A stretch of 50,053 nt of DNA from Akkermansia muciniphila (GTDB taxonomy: Bacteria; Verrucomicrobiota; Kiritimatiellia; RFP12; UBA1067). The stretch spans positions 1 to 50,053 of the forward strand of contig CAMBQV010000002.1 in the NCBI GenBank assembly GCA_945870145.1, read 5' to 3'. Below the pieces are notes generated by a model, which saw only the letters and a list, made by a program, of their open reading frames with translations, was not told the DNA's origin and did no database searches. Of the stretch, positions 26,620 to 35,976 are shown piece after piece (positions within the stretch are counted from its first letter, which is position 1; each line of letters opens with the position of its first letter). A program made the translations under genes and the position numbers.

Positions 26620-29586
26620 TTACCGCCATATGGACTTAATCGGGTGAAGCTCAAGATTCACCAGTTTCACATTTCCTCCAATGGCAGTCAGATTCAAGCT
26701 ATCGTCTTTGGGATCGAATGCGACCTGCTGACTAAGAGAGAAGACTCCGCCATCGGAAAAGATTTCAATTGATGACCAATCGACAAGCATGCGTATCGTT
26801 AGAAGCTGGTTTGAATCCGGGCGTAATACCGGTGACTGCTTGTCGCCAAATTTGTTTTTCTCAACACCTTGATAGATGATTTTTTGTCCAGCAATATCAT
26901 ATTGATAGCTGACGTTCGCGATTTGAAACACAACCTTTTCTGCCGTGGCACCCTTCAAGTCGAAGGTTAGGGTCATGTCGAAGGTCTTTGCCCGGACACC
27001 CGTGAGGATATTATCAGCGCCCACTTCCCTCTGACCTATTCGAACAGGAGTGCCGTTATACAACGCTTCAATAGCCGCAATAGGGCTCCGAGTGACGCGC
27101 ATTTTACCATCACGTGTTACCAGTCCCAGTTCAACTGGAAAGGTCGCGTTCCGCTCCCAGGGTTCCTCGCCAATGCCACCGTTCCACTCGTCCATCCAGG
27201 CGAGTTGGATGTATTTCTTCTGGGGTAGTGTGTATGGGAAAAAGCACTGGCCCGCATAAAAGTCAGGCCCAACATCCATGAAGAGGCTCTCTGTGGACTG
27301 GTTCTCGTCAATAAAGCGCGTTCCATCAAAGTGACCAACAAGGTATTGGCCGGCGGCATCATAAATGACCCACTTCATGTTGTTCGGATCACCGTTAAGC
27401 GGGAGCTCCACAAGATCGGGGCATTCGAAACCAAACTTGATGTTACTCAGCTTTTCCCAGTTGATGAGATCCTTCGATCCGTAAAAAGTGGTGCCTTCTT
27501 CGTAAATGGCCATCACCCACTTTTTCGTCGGTTCATGCCAAATGACGCAGGGATCCCTCGGGACGGCGCCACGGGTGGGATTGGCGACAGGGTTTTTATC
27601 GTAGTTATTCCAGATTTTGCCCTTGTTATTACTCCAAGCGATGCAAGTGCCCACTTTGGTTCCTGTATAGAATGCGATCAGGGCGGAGTTTGTTGAGCCC
27701 GTGATTTTCGCTGCAACTGGCCCGCTAACCACAATTCCACTCCCTGAGTAAACCTGTTCTCCTGAAACGTTTTGCTTGGCGCCAGATGAGCGGGCATGGC
27801 TGTTTTTGCCAATTAAAGCGAGCCCATGATCGTTCCAATGGAGTAGGTCATCGGTGCTGGCATAGCCACCATCTCGATTGTTTTTTCCCCACTGATAGAG
27901 CATGTGATACTTGCCATCGAGATACCACAGGGCGTTTATATCGTTCATCCATCCATTTTGGGGTGAAAAGTGAAATTGGGGACGATAGGGTTCCTGATAA
28001 TCTGTAGCCTGGTAATGTCGATTGAACGGTGAGGCGCCCTCTAGCTTGGGATCAGAATATCCCCATCCCGCAGACATCAAAATCGTTCCCAGCAGGCAGG
28101 AATATGGTGCTGTTTTTACATGATTATTCACATTTTTCTTCACCGTGCGCCAATCGAGGCCTGTGCGCCGGGCGACTTCGCCATAACTACCATAACGTTT
28201 GAAGAGCCGCTGACAATAGCCCGCGCTCAGTTGTTGCGCTGACAACTCGCCTCGCTCAAATGCGGATAGCCAGACATCTTCACCTGCGGTCATATTCGTG
28301 TCTCCGCGATATTCGCCTGTCAGCAAAATACAGCGGACAGCTTGTTCCAGCTCTCGGACATTTCCTGGCCAGGCGTAGTCACATCCGACTCCTTTTTCAA
28401 GTGCTCCCAAAACAGCCGTGAGCGTAATCGACTCCACATCCCCTCCCAGCCGTGACAGGATATGACGGATGAGCATCTCCAGTTCATGCGGAGACTCCTG
28501 AAGCCGCAGCCGCAACGTTGGCACCTCGATCTGATCCGAACAGAGACGATAGAAGAAGTCGTCACGAAATGTACCCTCGCGCCGTAAGGTGCCGAGTTCA
28601 CGATTCGTCGCGGCGATGACACGACCTTTGAATCGACAGACCTCATGGCTGCCGACTGGCGAGAAGGTGCGTTGCTGCAAGACTTGTAAGAGTTTAATCT
28701 GAATCGGCTCTGAAGCATCACCGATCTCATCCAAGAAGATCGCCCCATGTGGACTGCACCGCGCAAACACACCCTCGTGCCGCTCCACCGCACCCGTAAA
28801 GGCGCCCTTGCGATGGCCGAACAACTCGGACTCAATCAGTGTCTCCGAAAACTGCGACAGATTGATCGCCACAAAGGCGCGTGTGAAACTCTCGGCAAAA
28901 GCTCGTTTCCCTGAAAGGAAGGGAATGAACCCTGAACGCCCCAACGCAGCAGCGACCGCGCCCTTGCCTGTGCCGGTCTCGCCAAGCAACAAGGTCGAGA
29001 AATCCTCCATCCGATTCCATAGTCCGCGCACATACCAGCGCATATCATGCGTGAAAATATTGTCCCAGAGTCGCTTGCGGAGTTGCTTCATACAGGGGCT
29101 TTCCCCCACGAGACTATTTGATATAAAATAAAAGGCCCGTCGCATCTGATAAAAGATGGCGATATACTGCTCAGCCTCTGTGCGCGAAAACCCATGCTGT
29201 ACCAATTTTTCAAAGAGTCCGACTGCAAAGGGCGCCTCACATACAGCATCCCCTGCCTCACCCTGCCGTCGGATCAACGCATCGAAATCCGGCCGATGCC
29301 GATGAAACAAACTAAAGAGTATCCCCGCCGTCACCAGCTCCTGATCCGCCTCTGTCTCAAACGAACCCTGTGCACACACACCTGTCGAAACCGTTAGCCG
29401 CTTGAGCCGTTGTTCCAATTCGGTTAAGAGTCCCTGCAACGCTTCATCCCATTCGCCCGTCGCGACCCCCAGAACACGCATGTCGGCCTCGCGCCGGGCA
29501 TCAGTGAAGGGATTGATAAAGGCTGATTGTTGTACCGCCTCAAAGAACTGCCGATCCTCAGAGGAGAGCTTTCTCTTGTTTTTCAT
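26620..29586 (-). CDS. Sigma-54-dependent activator (AAA+ plus Fis-type HTH) in one frame with a GH32 beta-fructofuranosidase domain
   Basis: 988 aa with no stop. bEBP motifs: GETGTGKG, ESELFGHRKGAFTGA, IFLDEIG, WPGNVRELE, and HTH GEVARRTGLDWRTVKK. The hydrophobic linker APYSCLLGTILMSAGWG follows, then GH32 motifs WMNDIN, RDP and FECPD. Confidence 0.8.
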   Translation of the reverse strand: MKNKRKLSSEDRQFFEAVQQSAFINPFTDARREADMRVLGVATGEWDEALQGLLTELEQRLKRLTVSTGVCAQGSFETEADQELVTAGILFSLFHRHRPDFDALIRRQGEAGDAVCEAPFAVGLFEKLVQHGFSRTEAEQYIAIFYQMRRAFYFISNSLVGESPCMKQLRKRLWDNIFTHDMRWYVRGLWNRMEDFSTLLLGETGTGKGAVAAALGRSGFIPFLSGKRAFAESFTRAFVAINLSQFSETLIESELFGHRKGAFTGAVERHEGVFARCSPHGAIFLDEIGDASEPIQIKLLQVLQQRTFSPVGSHEVCRFKGRVIAATNRELGTLRREGTFRDDFFYRLCSDQIEVPTLRLRLQESPHELEMLIRHILSRLGGDVESITLTAVLGALEKGVGCDYAWPGNVRELEQAVRCILLTGEYRGDTNMTAGEDVWLSAFERGELSAQQLSAGYCQRLFKRYGSYGEVARRTGLDWRTVKKNVNNHVKTAPYSCLLGTILMSAGWGYSDPKLEGASPFNRHYQATDYQEPYRPQFHFSPQNGWMNDINALWYLDGKYHMLYQWGKNNRDGGYASTDDLLHWNDHGLALIGKNSHARSSGAKQNVSGEQVYSGSGIVVSGPVAAKITGSTNSALIAFYTGTKVGTCIAWSNNKGKIWNNYDKNPVANPTRGAVPRDPCVIWHEPTKKWVMAIYEEGTTFYGSKDLINWEKLSNIKFGFECPDLVELPLNGDPNNMKWVIYDAAGQYLVGHFDGTRFIDENQSTESLFMDVGPDFYAGQCFFPYTLPQKKYIQLAWMDEWNGGIGEEPWERNATFPVELGLVTRDGKMRVTRSPIAAIEALYNGTPVRIGQREVGADNILTGVRAKTFDMTLTFDLKGATAEKVVFQIANVSYQYDIAGQKIIYQGVEKNKFGDKQSPVLRPDSNQLLTIRMLVDWSSIEIFSDGGVFSLSQQVAFDPKDDSLNLTAIGGNVKLVNLELHPIKSIWR

Positions 29587-29619
29587 ACATTGAATGTATC
29601 ATCCTTGTACATAAAATGT
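29585..29619. promoter_or_regulatory. Two palindromes, candidate enhancer (UAS) sites
   Basis: ATACATTGAATGTAT at 29585-29599 and ACATAAAATGT at 29609-29619, lying 74-108 nt upstream of the -24 element. Confidence 0.35.
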
Positions 29620-29692
29620 CTAATCTGTTTTTTAAGACCCTCGTTAAAAGTCATAACCCTTTCATTTTAAACAATTCTCGAGCGCTTACTTT

Positions 29693-29708
29693 ATGGCACG
29701 TTCCTTGC
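29693..29708 (+). promoter_or_regulatory. Sigma-54 (-24/-12) promoter
   Basis: TGGCACGTTCCTTGCA, with GG at 29694-29695 and GC at 29706-29707 (GG-N10-GC). It lies 54 nt upstream of the ATG at 29762 and is divergent from the activator gene. Confidence 0.75.
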
Positions 29709-29761
29709 AATATACAAAATGAATCTTAACGTGAAATACAATAGAGAAAGACCATCTTCAG

Positions 29762-30202
29762 ATGAAAAAAACAATCATTAGCTCCTTTATCATCCTCGCT
29801 TATGTGAATCTCATCCCTTACGCCTGCAGGCTTTGGCGTGGTCTTGACTGGGTGGCTCAGTATCTTCCAGACAACAAAGACCATCTCATTTCAGGACTGC
29901 TCTTTGTCGGCATTTTCGCATCGCTACCGGCGATTCCATTGGTCGTTACATTCCTGTTCCGCAAGTGGATTCCGGTCACATTTGCGCTTTCGATCATCTG
30001 TACTACAACCCTGTTATGCCTCTGGCATCACAACTATGATCTTGCGTCAGATGCCCAAGCTGCCATCGGCCTCATGTTTATCCCGATATTTGCAACTGTA
30101 CTCACTTCCGTTGGTGCCGGAATCATCGGAACAATCGAATTCCTCGTCCGTAGAAGAAAAAAAGGTGCCCAACAGACACGTGCTGGCGCAGAGACTGCCT
30201 AA
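29762..30202 (+). CDS. Small integral membrane protein, hypothetical
   Basis: 146 aa, four hydrophobic helices, basic C-terminus. Confidence 0.55.
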   Translation: MKKTIISSFIILAYVNLIPYACRLWRGLDWVAQYLPDNKDHLISGLLFVGIFASLPAIPLVVTFLFRKWIPVTFALSIICTTTLLCLWHHNYDLASDAQAAIGLMFIPIFATVLTSVGAGIIGTIEFLVRRRKKGAQQTRAGAETA

Positions 30203-30260
30203 AATCGTTACTCCCAATTGGGAATTTTTTCAATTGTCTTAAGACAAAAAGAAAGGTACC

Positions 30261-33200
30261 GTGTCATCCATGACAAAGCAATTCAAATGGCTCAACCTCT
30301 CGCAAGCGATCGGCGCCTTGATTGATAACACCTTCAAGATGCTCACGGTGATTTATTTGGTCAATGCCCTTGGCAAGGATTTATCCCAGACGCTCTCGCT
30401 CGCCTCAGCGCTTCTGGTCATCCCCTTCATCCTCTTCTCGAATTGGGCCGGTGCGCTGACAGATCGCTACAGCAAACGCAACCTCTTTGTGATCATCAAA
30501 TGGGGAGAGCTCCTGTTGTTACTGCTGGCATTCCCTGCGCTCCTCTCCGGGCAGGCGTGGTGTATGCTCGCACTCCTCTTCCTGCTGGCCGCCCAAAGCG
30601 CTTTCTTCGGACCTGTCAAGCGCGGCATCGTGCCAGAGCTGGTCTCCGGTGATGCGTTGGCCCAAGCCAACGGACAGATGACCGGGGCCTCTTACTTGGC
30701 GATTATTCTCGGACTCTTTTTGCCATCACTCGCAATAACCATTCTGCATCTCAGTTATTCCATGGTACTCCTGCTCTGCGTTGCCTTTTCGATCTGCGGA
30801 CTCCTCTGCGCCTATCGCCTCCCCCCTACTCCAGCAGCGAATCGCCCCTCCCAGTGTTCGCTCTGGCTCTTTCCTGACGCACTACGTACACTACGCTTCC
30901 TGACGCCCCATGTTTGGCTCAAGCGCGCGCTCTGGGGCTCCGTGGCCTTCTCAGGCGTCTCTGCCCTCTTCCAACAAAACCTCGTCATCACTGCGCAAGA
31001 CGTTTTTGCACTCTCGGTGGAAGCCAGTGGCTATCTCTTTCTGCTTGTAGCCCTCGGAATCATGTTGGGCGCCTGGGTTTCTGGAAGGCTCTCCCCGCAT
31101 ACCATCGAGACAGGGCTTATTCCAATCGGTGCCCTGGGACTCGCACTCTCACTCTTTGGCCTGGGCATCACCCGTCATCCACTTATGCTTGGTTTTTGGC
31201 TGGTCTTGCTCGGCATCACTTCTGGTGCTTGTATCGTGCCGTTGACTGCCTATATCCAAAGTAAGTCGCCCGCGCACAATCGTGGCGAGATCTTCGGAGC
31301 AATCGAATTTTGGAGTTTCTTAGCCATGGTGTTAGCGTCTGGGCTCTTTTATCTTCTGACAGGAATCCTTCATGTAAATGCACAAGCCTGCATGTTGATT
31401 ACAGGAGGAATCGGCGCAGGTGCTGCGGCATGGACCCTCTACCGCCTGCCTCACCACACCTTCCGTTTTCTTGTTTCACGTCTCACACGCCTCTTGTATC
31501 GTGTCGAGATTCATGGATTGGAGAATCTTCCGCGCGAGGGCGGGGCGCTACTTGTGGCTAACCACACCGCGTATGGGGATGTCACCATTCTCCAGTCAGC
31601 CACGCAACGGACCATCCGTTACGTCATGTCGCGTGAAATATTTTCGAGCTGGGCCTGGTGCCAACCCTTCTTCCGCCTCTCAAGTGTGATCCAGATTCAC
31701 ACAAAAGATGGTCCGCGCGCCCTCGTCCACGCCTTGACGCATGCACGTGAGGCCCTTCAGCAGGGCGAACTCGTCGGTATCTTTCCTGAAGGCAGGCTCA
31801 CGCCCAACGGCACCATCCAGAGTTTTCACAAGGGATTCGAGAAGATCGTCAAGGGAACAGATGCGCCGATTATTCCCGTCCATCTCGACAATCTCTGGGG
31901 AAGCATTTTCAGTTACCGTTATGGCAAACCCGGCTTCCGCTGGCCCAAGACATTTCCCTTGCGTGTGACACTCCGTATCGGCAAGCCCCTGAAGTCCGAT
32001 GCCACTGCCGAGGAGGCGCGCCAGGCTGTGATCGAACTCGGGGTTCAAACCGCGCTCGAACATGCTGCGCGTCCCGGTAACACCCTGGGACAACGCCTCC
32101 TTCAGCAAGCCAGAAGACACTGGGGACGCCTAATTGCGCAAGACACCCTTGGACAATCCTTGACTTACGGCAAGCTTCTCTCTGGCGCACTCGCTCTAAA
32201 TGCGCGCCTCAAAACACGGCTCGCCCCTGCACAGAACATCGGCGTCCTCTTCCCGCCTTCGGTCGGTGCCCTGCTCGTCAATGTAGCACTCGCGCTGCAA
32301 GGCAAGACTGTCGTCAACCTCAATTGGACTGTCTCGCAAGAGGCCTTCGTCTCCGCGGTCAAGCAGAGTGGCCTCCGCCAGATCATCACCTCCCGGCGCT
32401 TTCTTTCAAACCTTACACTACCCGAAACCTCGGCTGAACTGCTGTGCCTCGAAGATCTGCTTCAGACGCTCACCTTGAAAGAAAAGGTGTCAGCCTTTCT
32501 ACAGGCACGCTTTGCATCTGCCCAGGCGCTGTGTAACGGCTCGTTTCCCAAACCCTCGGATCCAGCCTGCATCATTTTTTCCTCTGGGTCTACAGGTATC
32601 CCGAAGGGCGTGGTCTTGAGCCATGCAAATCTGCTCTCCAATGTTGACGCCCTTGAAACTGTTGTACCCGTGACACCGCGGGATACGCTCTGCGCCTCGC
32701 TGCCCTTCTTCCACTGCTTTGGTTTTTTAGGAACGCTCTGGTGGCCTTTACTCATCGGGATCAAGACTGTTTTTCATGCGAATCCGCTCCAAGTCTCCCA
32801 GATCCTACACCTCTTGCGTGAGGCCAAAGCCACGACACTGCTCACCACACCGACCCTGTTACAGGCCTATCTGCGCAAGGGCACAAAAGAGGACTTCGCC
32901 ACGTTACGTCATCTCTTCACTGGCGGAGAAAAACTTCCCGTCGCACTCGCTGAAGCCTGCGAAAAGGCTATCGGACTCCGTCCCCTCGAAGGGTATGGAT
33001 CCACCGAACTTTCACCGGTTGTCGCGATGGGCCTTTCAGATCGTACGTTTGACGCCCTCACGACGAAGGGGAATAAGCCAGGGAGTACGGGGCGTCCCCT
33101 GCCCAACATCGCACTCAGAACAGTCGACCCTGAGACAGGCGCTCCTCTGCCGGCCTACGAAACCGGACTCCTCCTCGTCAAAGGACCGAACGTCATGACC

Positions 33201-33665
33201 GGTTATCTGAACAACCCGGAGAAGACAGCCGAGGTTTTGCACGACGGCTGGTATAACACAGGCGACATCGCTCGTATTGACGAAGAGGGCTTCCTTTTCA
33301 TTACCGACCGCCTCTCGCGTTTTAGTAAAATCGGTGGCGAAATGGTCCCCCATGGGGCCGTCGAAGAGGTGCTTCAACACGCCAGCGGCACAACAGAACC
33401 CTGCGTCGCCGTCATCGGGGTGCCAGACGAGAAGGCCGGTGAACGTCTCGTCGTCTGCCTCACGCCACAGGCGGGCGATATTGAGAAACTCTATCAGGCC
33501 CTCAAGGAGAGCAAACTTCCCAACCTCTGGATCCCGAGCCGTACCGACTTCATTTCCATACCAGAAATTCCTTTACTGGGCACAGGCAAGATTGATCTGC
33601 GCTCCGTACGCGAAGGGATAACGCAAGCCCAGCCGCCCAGAGGGGGCAGTGGCAGTAGGCAGTAG
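30261..33665 (+). CDS. LplT-like MFS transporter / PlsC acyltransferase / acyl-ACP synthetase (Aas) triple fusion
   Basis: 1134 aa. About 12 TM helices at the N-terminus, an acyltransferase HX4D-type motif (NHTAYGD), and AMP-binding motifs (SSGSTGIPKG, YGSTE, TGD, GKID). GTG at 30261 or ATG at 30270. The last 8 codons and the stop lie inside a word array. Confidence 0.85.
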   Translation: MSSMTKQFKWLNLSQAIGALIDNTFKMLTVIYLVNALGKDLSQTLSLASALLVIPFILFSNWAGALTDRYSKRNLFVIIKWGELLLLLLAFPALLSGQAWCMLALLFLLAAQSAFFGPVKRGIVPELVSGDALAQANGQMTGASYLAIILGLFLPSLAITILHLSYSMVLLLCVAFSICGLLCAYRLPPTPAANRPSQCSLWLFPDALRTLRFLTPHVWLKRALWGSVAFSGVSALFQQNLVITAQDVFALSVEASGYLFLLVALGIMLGAWVSGRLSPHTIETGLIPIGALGLALSLFGLGITRHPLMLGFWLVLLGITSGACIVPLTAYIQSKSPAHNRGEIFGAIEFWSFLAMVLASGLFYLLTGILHVNAQACMLITGGIGAGAAAWTLYRLPHHTFRFLVSRLTRLLYRVEIHGLENLPREGGALLVANHTAYGDVTILQSATQRTIRYVMSREIFSSWAWCQPFFRLSSVIQIHTKDGPRALVHALTHAREALQQGELVGIFPEGRLTPNGTIQSFHKGFEKIVKGTDAPIIPVHLDNLWGSIFSYRYGKPGFRWPKTFPLRVTLRIGKPLKSDATAEEARQAVIELGVQTALEHAARPGNTLGQRLLQQARRHWGRLIAQDTLGQSLTYGKLLSGALALNARLKTRLAPAQNIGVLFPPSVGALLVNVALALQGKTVVNLNWTVSQEAFVSAVKQSGLRQIITSRRFLSNLTLPETSAELLCLEDLLQTLTLKEKVSAFLQARFASAQALCNGSFPKPSDPACIIFSSGSTGIPKGVVLSHANLLSNVDALETVVPVTPRDTLCASLPFFHCFGFLGTLWWPLLIGIKTVFHANPLQVSQILHLLREAKATTLLTTPTLLQAYLRKGTKEDFATLRHLFTGGEKLPVALAEACEKAIGLRPLEGYGSTELSPVVAMGLSDRTFDALTTKGNKPGSTGRPLPNIALRTVDPETGAPLPAYETGLLLVKGPNVMTGYLNNPEKTAEVLHDGWYNTGDIARIDEEGFLFITDRLSRFSKIGGEMVPHGAVEEVLQHASGTTEPCVAVIGVPDEKAGERLVVCLTPQAGDIEKLYQALKESKLPNLWIPSRTDFISIPEIPLLGTGKIDLRSVREGITQAQPPRGGSGSRQ

Positions 33666-33685
33666 CAGTTGGCAGTGGCAGCGAG
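33645..33685. repeat. ggcagt-type word array overlapping the stop codon of the Aas fusion
   Basis: ggcagtggcagtaggcagtagcagttggcagtggcagcgag. The 18-mer at 33659-33676 is identical to 19536-19553. Confidence 0.6.
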
Positions 33686-33777
33686 ATATTAATCTTCGGT
33701 CCTTTTATCCTTTCGTCCTTGAGTCAATATCCCAAGTCGCATGTCCAATGTCCCAAGTCCTCAACAAAGTAATCCTC

Positions 33778-34497
33778 ATGAAACGAATTATTCTTTGGTG
33801 TTTCATCTTCCTTCTCTGCACGTCTATGAATAAAAGCAACCATTCGGAACCCCGGGAAACCGTAGTCCTTCTACACGGCCTCAACCGGACGCATCGGGCG
33901 ATGTCGAAACTTGCAAGCGCGCTTGAAGCAGACGGTTATAACGTGATCAATTGCGACTACCCCTCGCGCTCGGCAGAAATTCAAACGCTCTCGGAAAATC
34001 TCTTCGCCTCGTTGCTGCCACGGATCAGCGACTCCCACCGTGTCCATTTTGTCACCCACTCCATGGGCGGTATCGTGTTGCGTACGTATCTCCAGACACA
34101 GTCGATCCCCAACCTCGGACGTGTCGTGATGCTTGCCCCACCCAGCCAGGGCAGTGAAGTAGTGGATAAACTCGGCTGGTTCCCTCCATTCGCCTGGTTC
34201 AACGGCCCCGCTGGACTCCAACTCGGCACGAACTCCGACAGCGTCCCTAACCGACTCCCTCCCCCCTCTTTTGAGCTGGGCATCATTGCGGGCGACCGCA
34301 CGGTCAACCCGCTCCTCTCTTTTATGATCCCCGGAAAGGACGACGGCAAGATTTCCCTTGCGAGAGCTAAGGCGGAAAACACTAGCGCTTTTCTCGTGTT
34401 ACACGTCACCCACACCTTTATGATGCGCAACGTCCACGTGATTGACCAGACTAAGCACTTTCTGAAAACGGGCTCGTTTCAAAAAAGTGAAAGATGA
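33778..34497 (+). CDS. Secreted alpha/beta hydrolase (esterase/lipase-like)
   Basis: Start at MKRIILWCFIFLLC. VVLLHGL and the nucleophile elbow HSMGG. Confidence 0.75.
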   Translation: MKRIILWCFIFLLCTSMNKSNHSEPRETVVLLHGLNRTHRAMSKLASALEADGYNVINCDYPSRSAEIQTLSENLFASLLPRISDSHRVHFVTHSMGGIVLRTYLQTQSIPNLGRVVMLAPPSQGSEVVDKLGWFPPFAWFNGPAGLQLGTNSDSVPNRLPPPSFELGIIAGDRTVNPLLSFMIPGKDDGKISLARAKAENTSAFLVLHVTHTFMMRNVHVIDQTKHFLKTGSFQKSER

Positions 34498-34541
34498 AAT
34501 CCCTGTGGCAATCATGACCGCCATCTGATATAGTAGTTATC

Positions 34542-35471
34542 ATGAAATGGTCATATTTCTATCTGTGTATTTTATCGGGACACCTCAGCACGCAGGCATC
34601 CTTACTATCGGCCGTGCCAGAGCGAGTTTCGACTGCAGGGGCAGTGGATAACACCGTGTCACAACAGGTGGACACAATCGCTCTTGCTCAATCTAATGTC
34701 ACGCAAAAGTCGGAAAGTTCGACGCGCGTGGGGGACATCCCCTTTGAAGAGAGCCCGTATCCCGTGATCTTAGACCGGATGCCTTTTGGCGCTCCGCCCA
34801 TTGCCAGCGCGGTGAACCCAGAAGCCTCCGCGATGAGCGACGCCAAAGTAATCGAGGAACAGAATAAGCTGGCAGCGGCATTTTCTTGGACAGCCATCAA
34901 CATTACGCCGGAGGGGAAGACCGCCATCGGCTTCACCGATCTTACGCCTAATAAACCACCCGAGAGCTATTATATTACCGTTGGGGAATCTGCAAACAAC
35001 TGGAAGCTTATTCAGGCAGATTACACCTCCGAAACTGCCACCATTGAGAAAGACGGCATTCGAATCTCGCTTAAATTCGGCAACAAAAGCCCCATTACAC
35101 CGACAGCCACAGGGGCAATACCTTCTACTCCTGCAGGGGGCGCGCCTAGCCTAGGACTTTCAAGATTTAGCCATCTCCGAACGTCGCTAGGCCACCAGCT
35201 TAACACGCCTTCTTCGAGTCTAGAAAAGGCCGCAGCGCCAACGAGCCTTGGAGGCAACACCGCGCTCTCCTCCTTTAGTGAGCGTCTAAAAGAGCGCATG
35301 AAGGCACAAGAGAATCTGAGACAGGAATCTGATCGCAAGCAGAAGGAAGAACTGTCAAAGATCGTGACCGATGCCCTTCGTAAAGAAAAAGAAGATGCTG
35401 CCGCAGCCGCCGCATTGCAAGAGCCCGTTGTCGTTCCCGAAGGTCAGCCGATCGAAGTGATCGCGCAGTAA
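34542..35471 (+). CDS. Secreted hypothetical protein with a low-complexity, charged C-terminus
   Basis: 309 aa, signal-like N-terminus, first gene of the EPS-like gene string. Confidence 0.5.
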   Translation: MKWSYFYLCILSGHLSTQASLLSAVPERVSTAGAVDNTVSQQVDTIALAQSNVTQKSESSTRVGDIPFEESPYPVILDRMPFGAPPIASAVNPEASAMSDAKVIEEQNKLAAAFSWTAINITPEGKTAIGFTDLTPNKPPESYYITVGESANNWKLIQADYTSETATIEKDGIRISLKFGNKSPITPTATGAIPSTPAGGAPSLGLSRFSHLRTSLGHQLNTPSSSLEKAAAPTSLGGNTALSSFSERLKERMKAQENLRQESDRKQKEELSKIVTDALRKEKEDAAAAAALQEPVVVPEGQPIEVIAQ

Positions 35472-35484
35472 GAAATAGCTTGTT

Positions 35485-35976
35485 ATGACTAAACAGGTCC
35501 AACAGTTTGTGCTATTCATCCTTGCGGTTAGCATAGTAACCTCTGTGGTCTATCACGTCCTGAACCGAGACAACATATCACTTCAAAAAGCTCAACAGTA
35601 CGCCTCCAATGGCCGTTATTCTGAAGCCGTGTCCCTTTACGAAAAGCTCGTAGCAAACGGGGTACATTCGGAAGTAGTGTACGAAGGAGTGCTGATTTGC
35701 CAAAACGCCCTGAAAAAGCCTGAAAAAGCACGCGGCGCGTTGCAAAACCTCATTTTTCAAAACAAAGATGCTGCGCCCACACGTTTGCGTTATTTAGCCG
35801 CTACCGCGCTAGGGATGGGGGAGCAGGATATAGCGGCACAGCAATACCGCAAGGTGTTACTGGCGCGACCGGATGACCGGTCTGCACGATTGGGCTTGGC
35901 CCGCGCGTTGGCACGTTCCGGCCTCTATGAGGAAGCTGTGAAGGAGTATCGTCTTCTACTGGGAGAAATAAAATGA
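35485..35976 (+). CDS. TPR-repeat protein with N-terminal TM anchor
   Basis: 163 aa. TM FVLFILAVSIVTSVVYHVL, then TPR-like A/Y/L periodicity. Confidence 0.6.
   Translation: MTKQVQQFVLFILAVSIVTSVVYHVLNRDNISLQKAQQYASNGRYSEAVSLYEKLVANGVHSEVVYEGVLICQNALKKPEKARGALQNLIFQNKDAAPTRLRYLAATALGMGEQDIAAQQYRKVLLARPDDRSARLGLARALARSGLYEEAVKEYRLLLGEIK

Noticed and set aside
26592-26654. Extension of the 25539 ORF to 26654, overlapping the GH32 3' end
   Set aside because: The internal start MSKRFLIVG gives a standard N-terminal membrane anchor and removes the overlap.
33649-33777. N-terminal extension of the alpha/beta hydrolase ORF (start at 33649)
   Set aside because: The extension is encoded by the ggcagt and tccc word arrays and overlaps the Aas stop. 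The ATG at 33778 gives a normal signal peptide.
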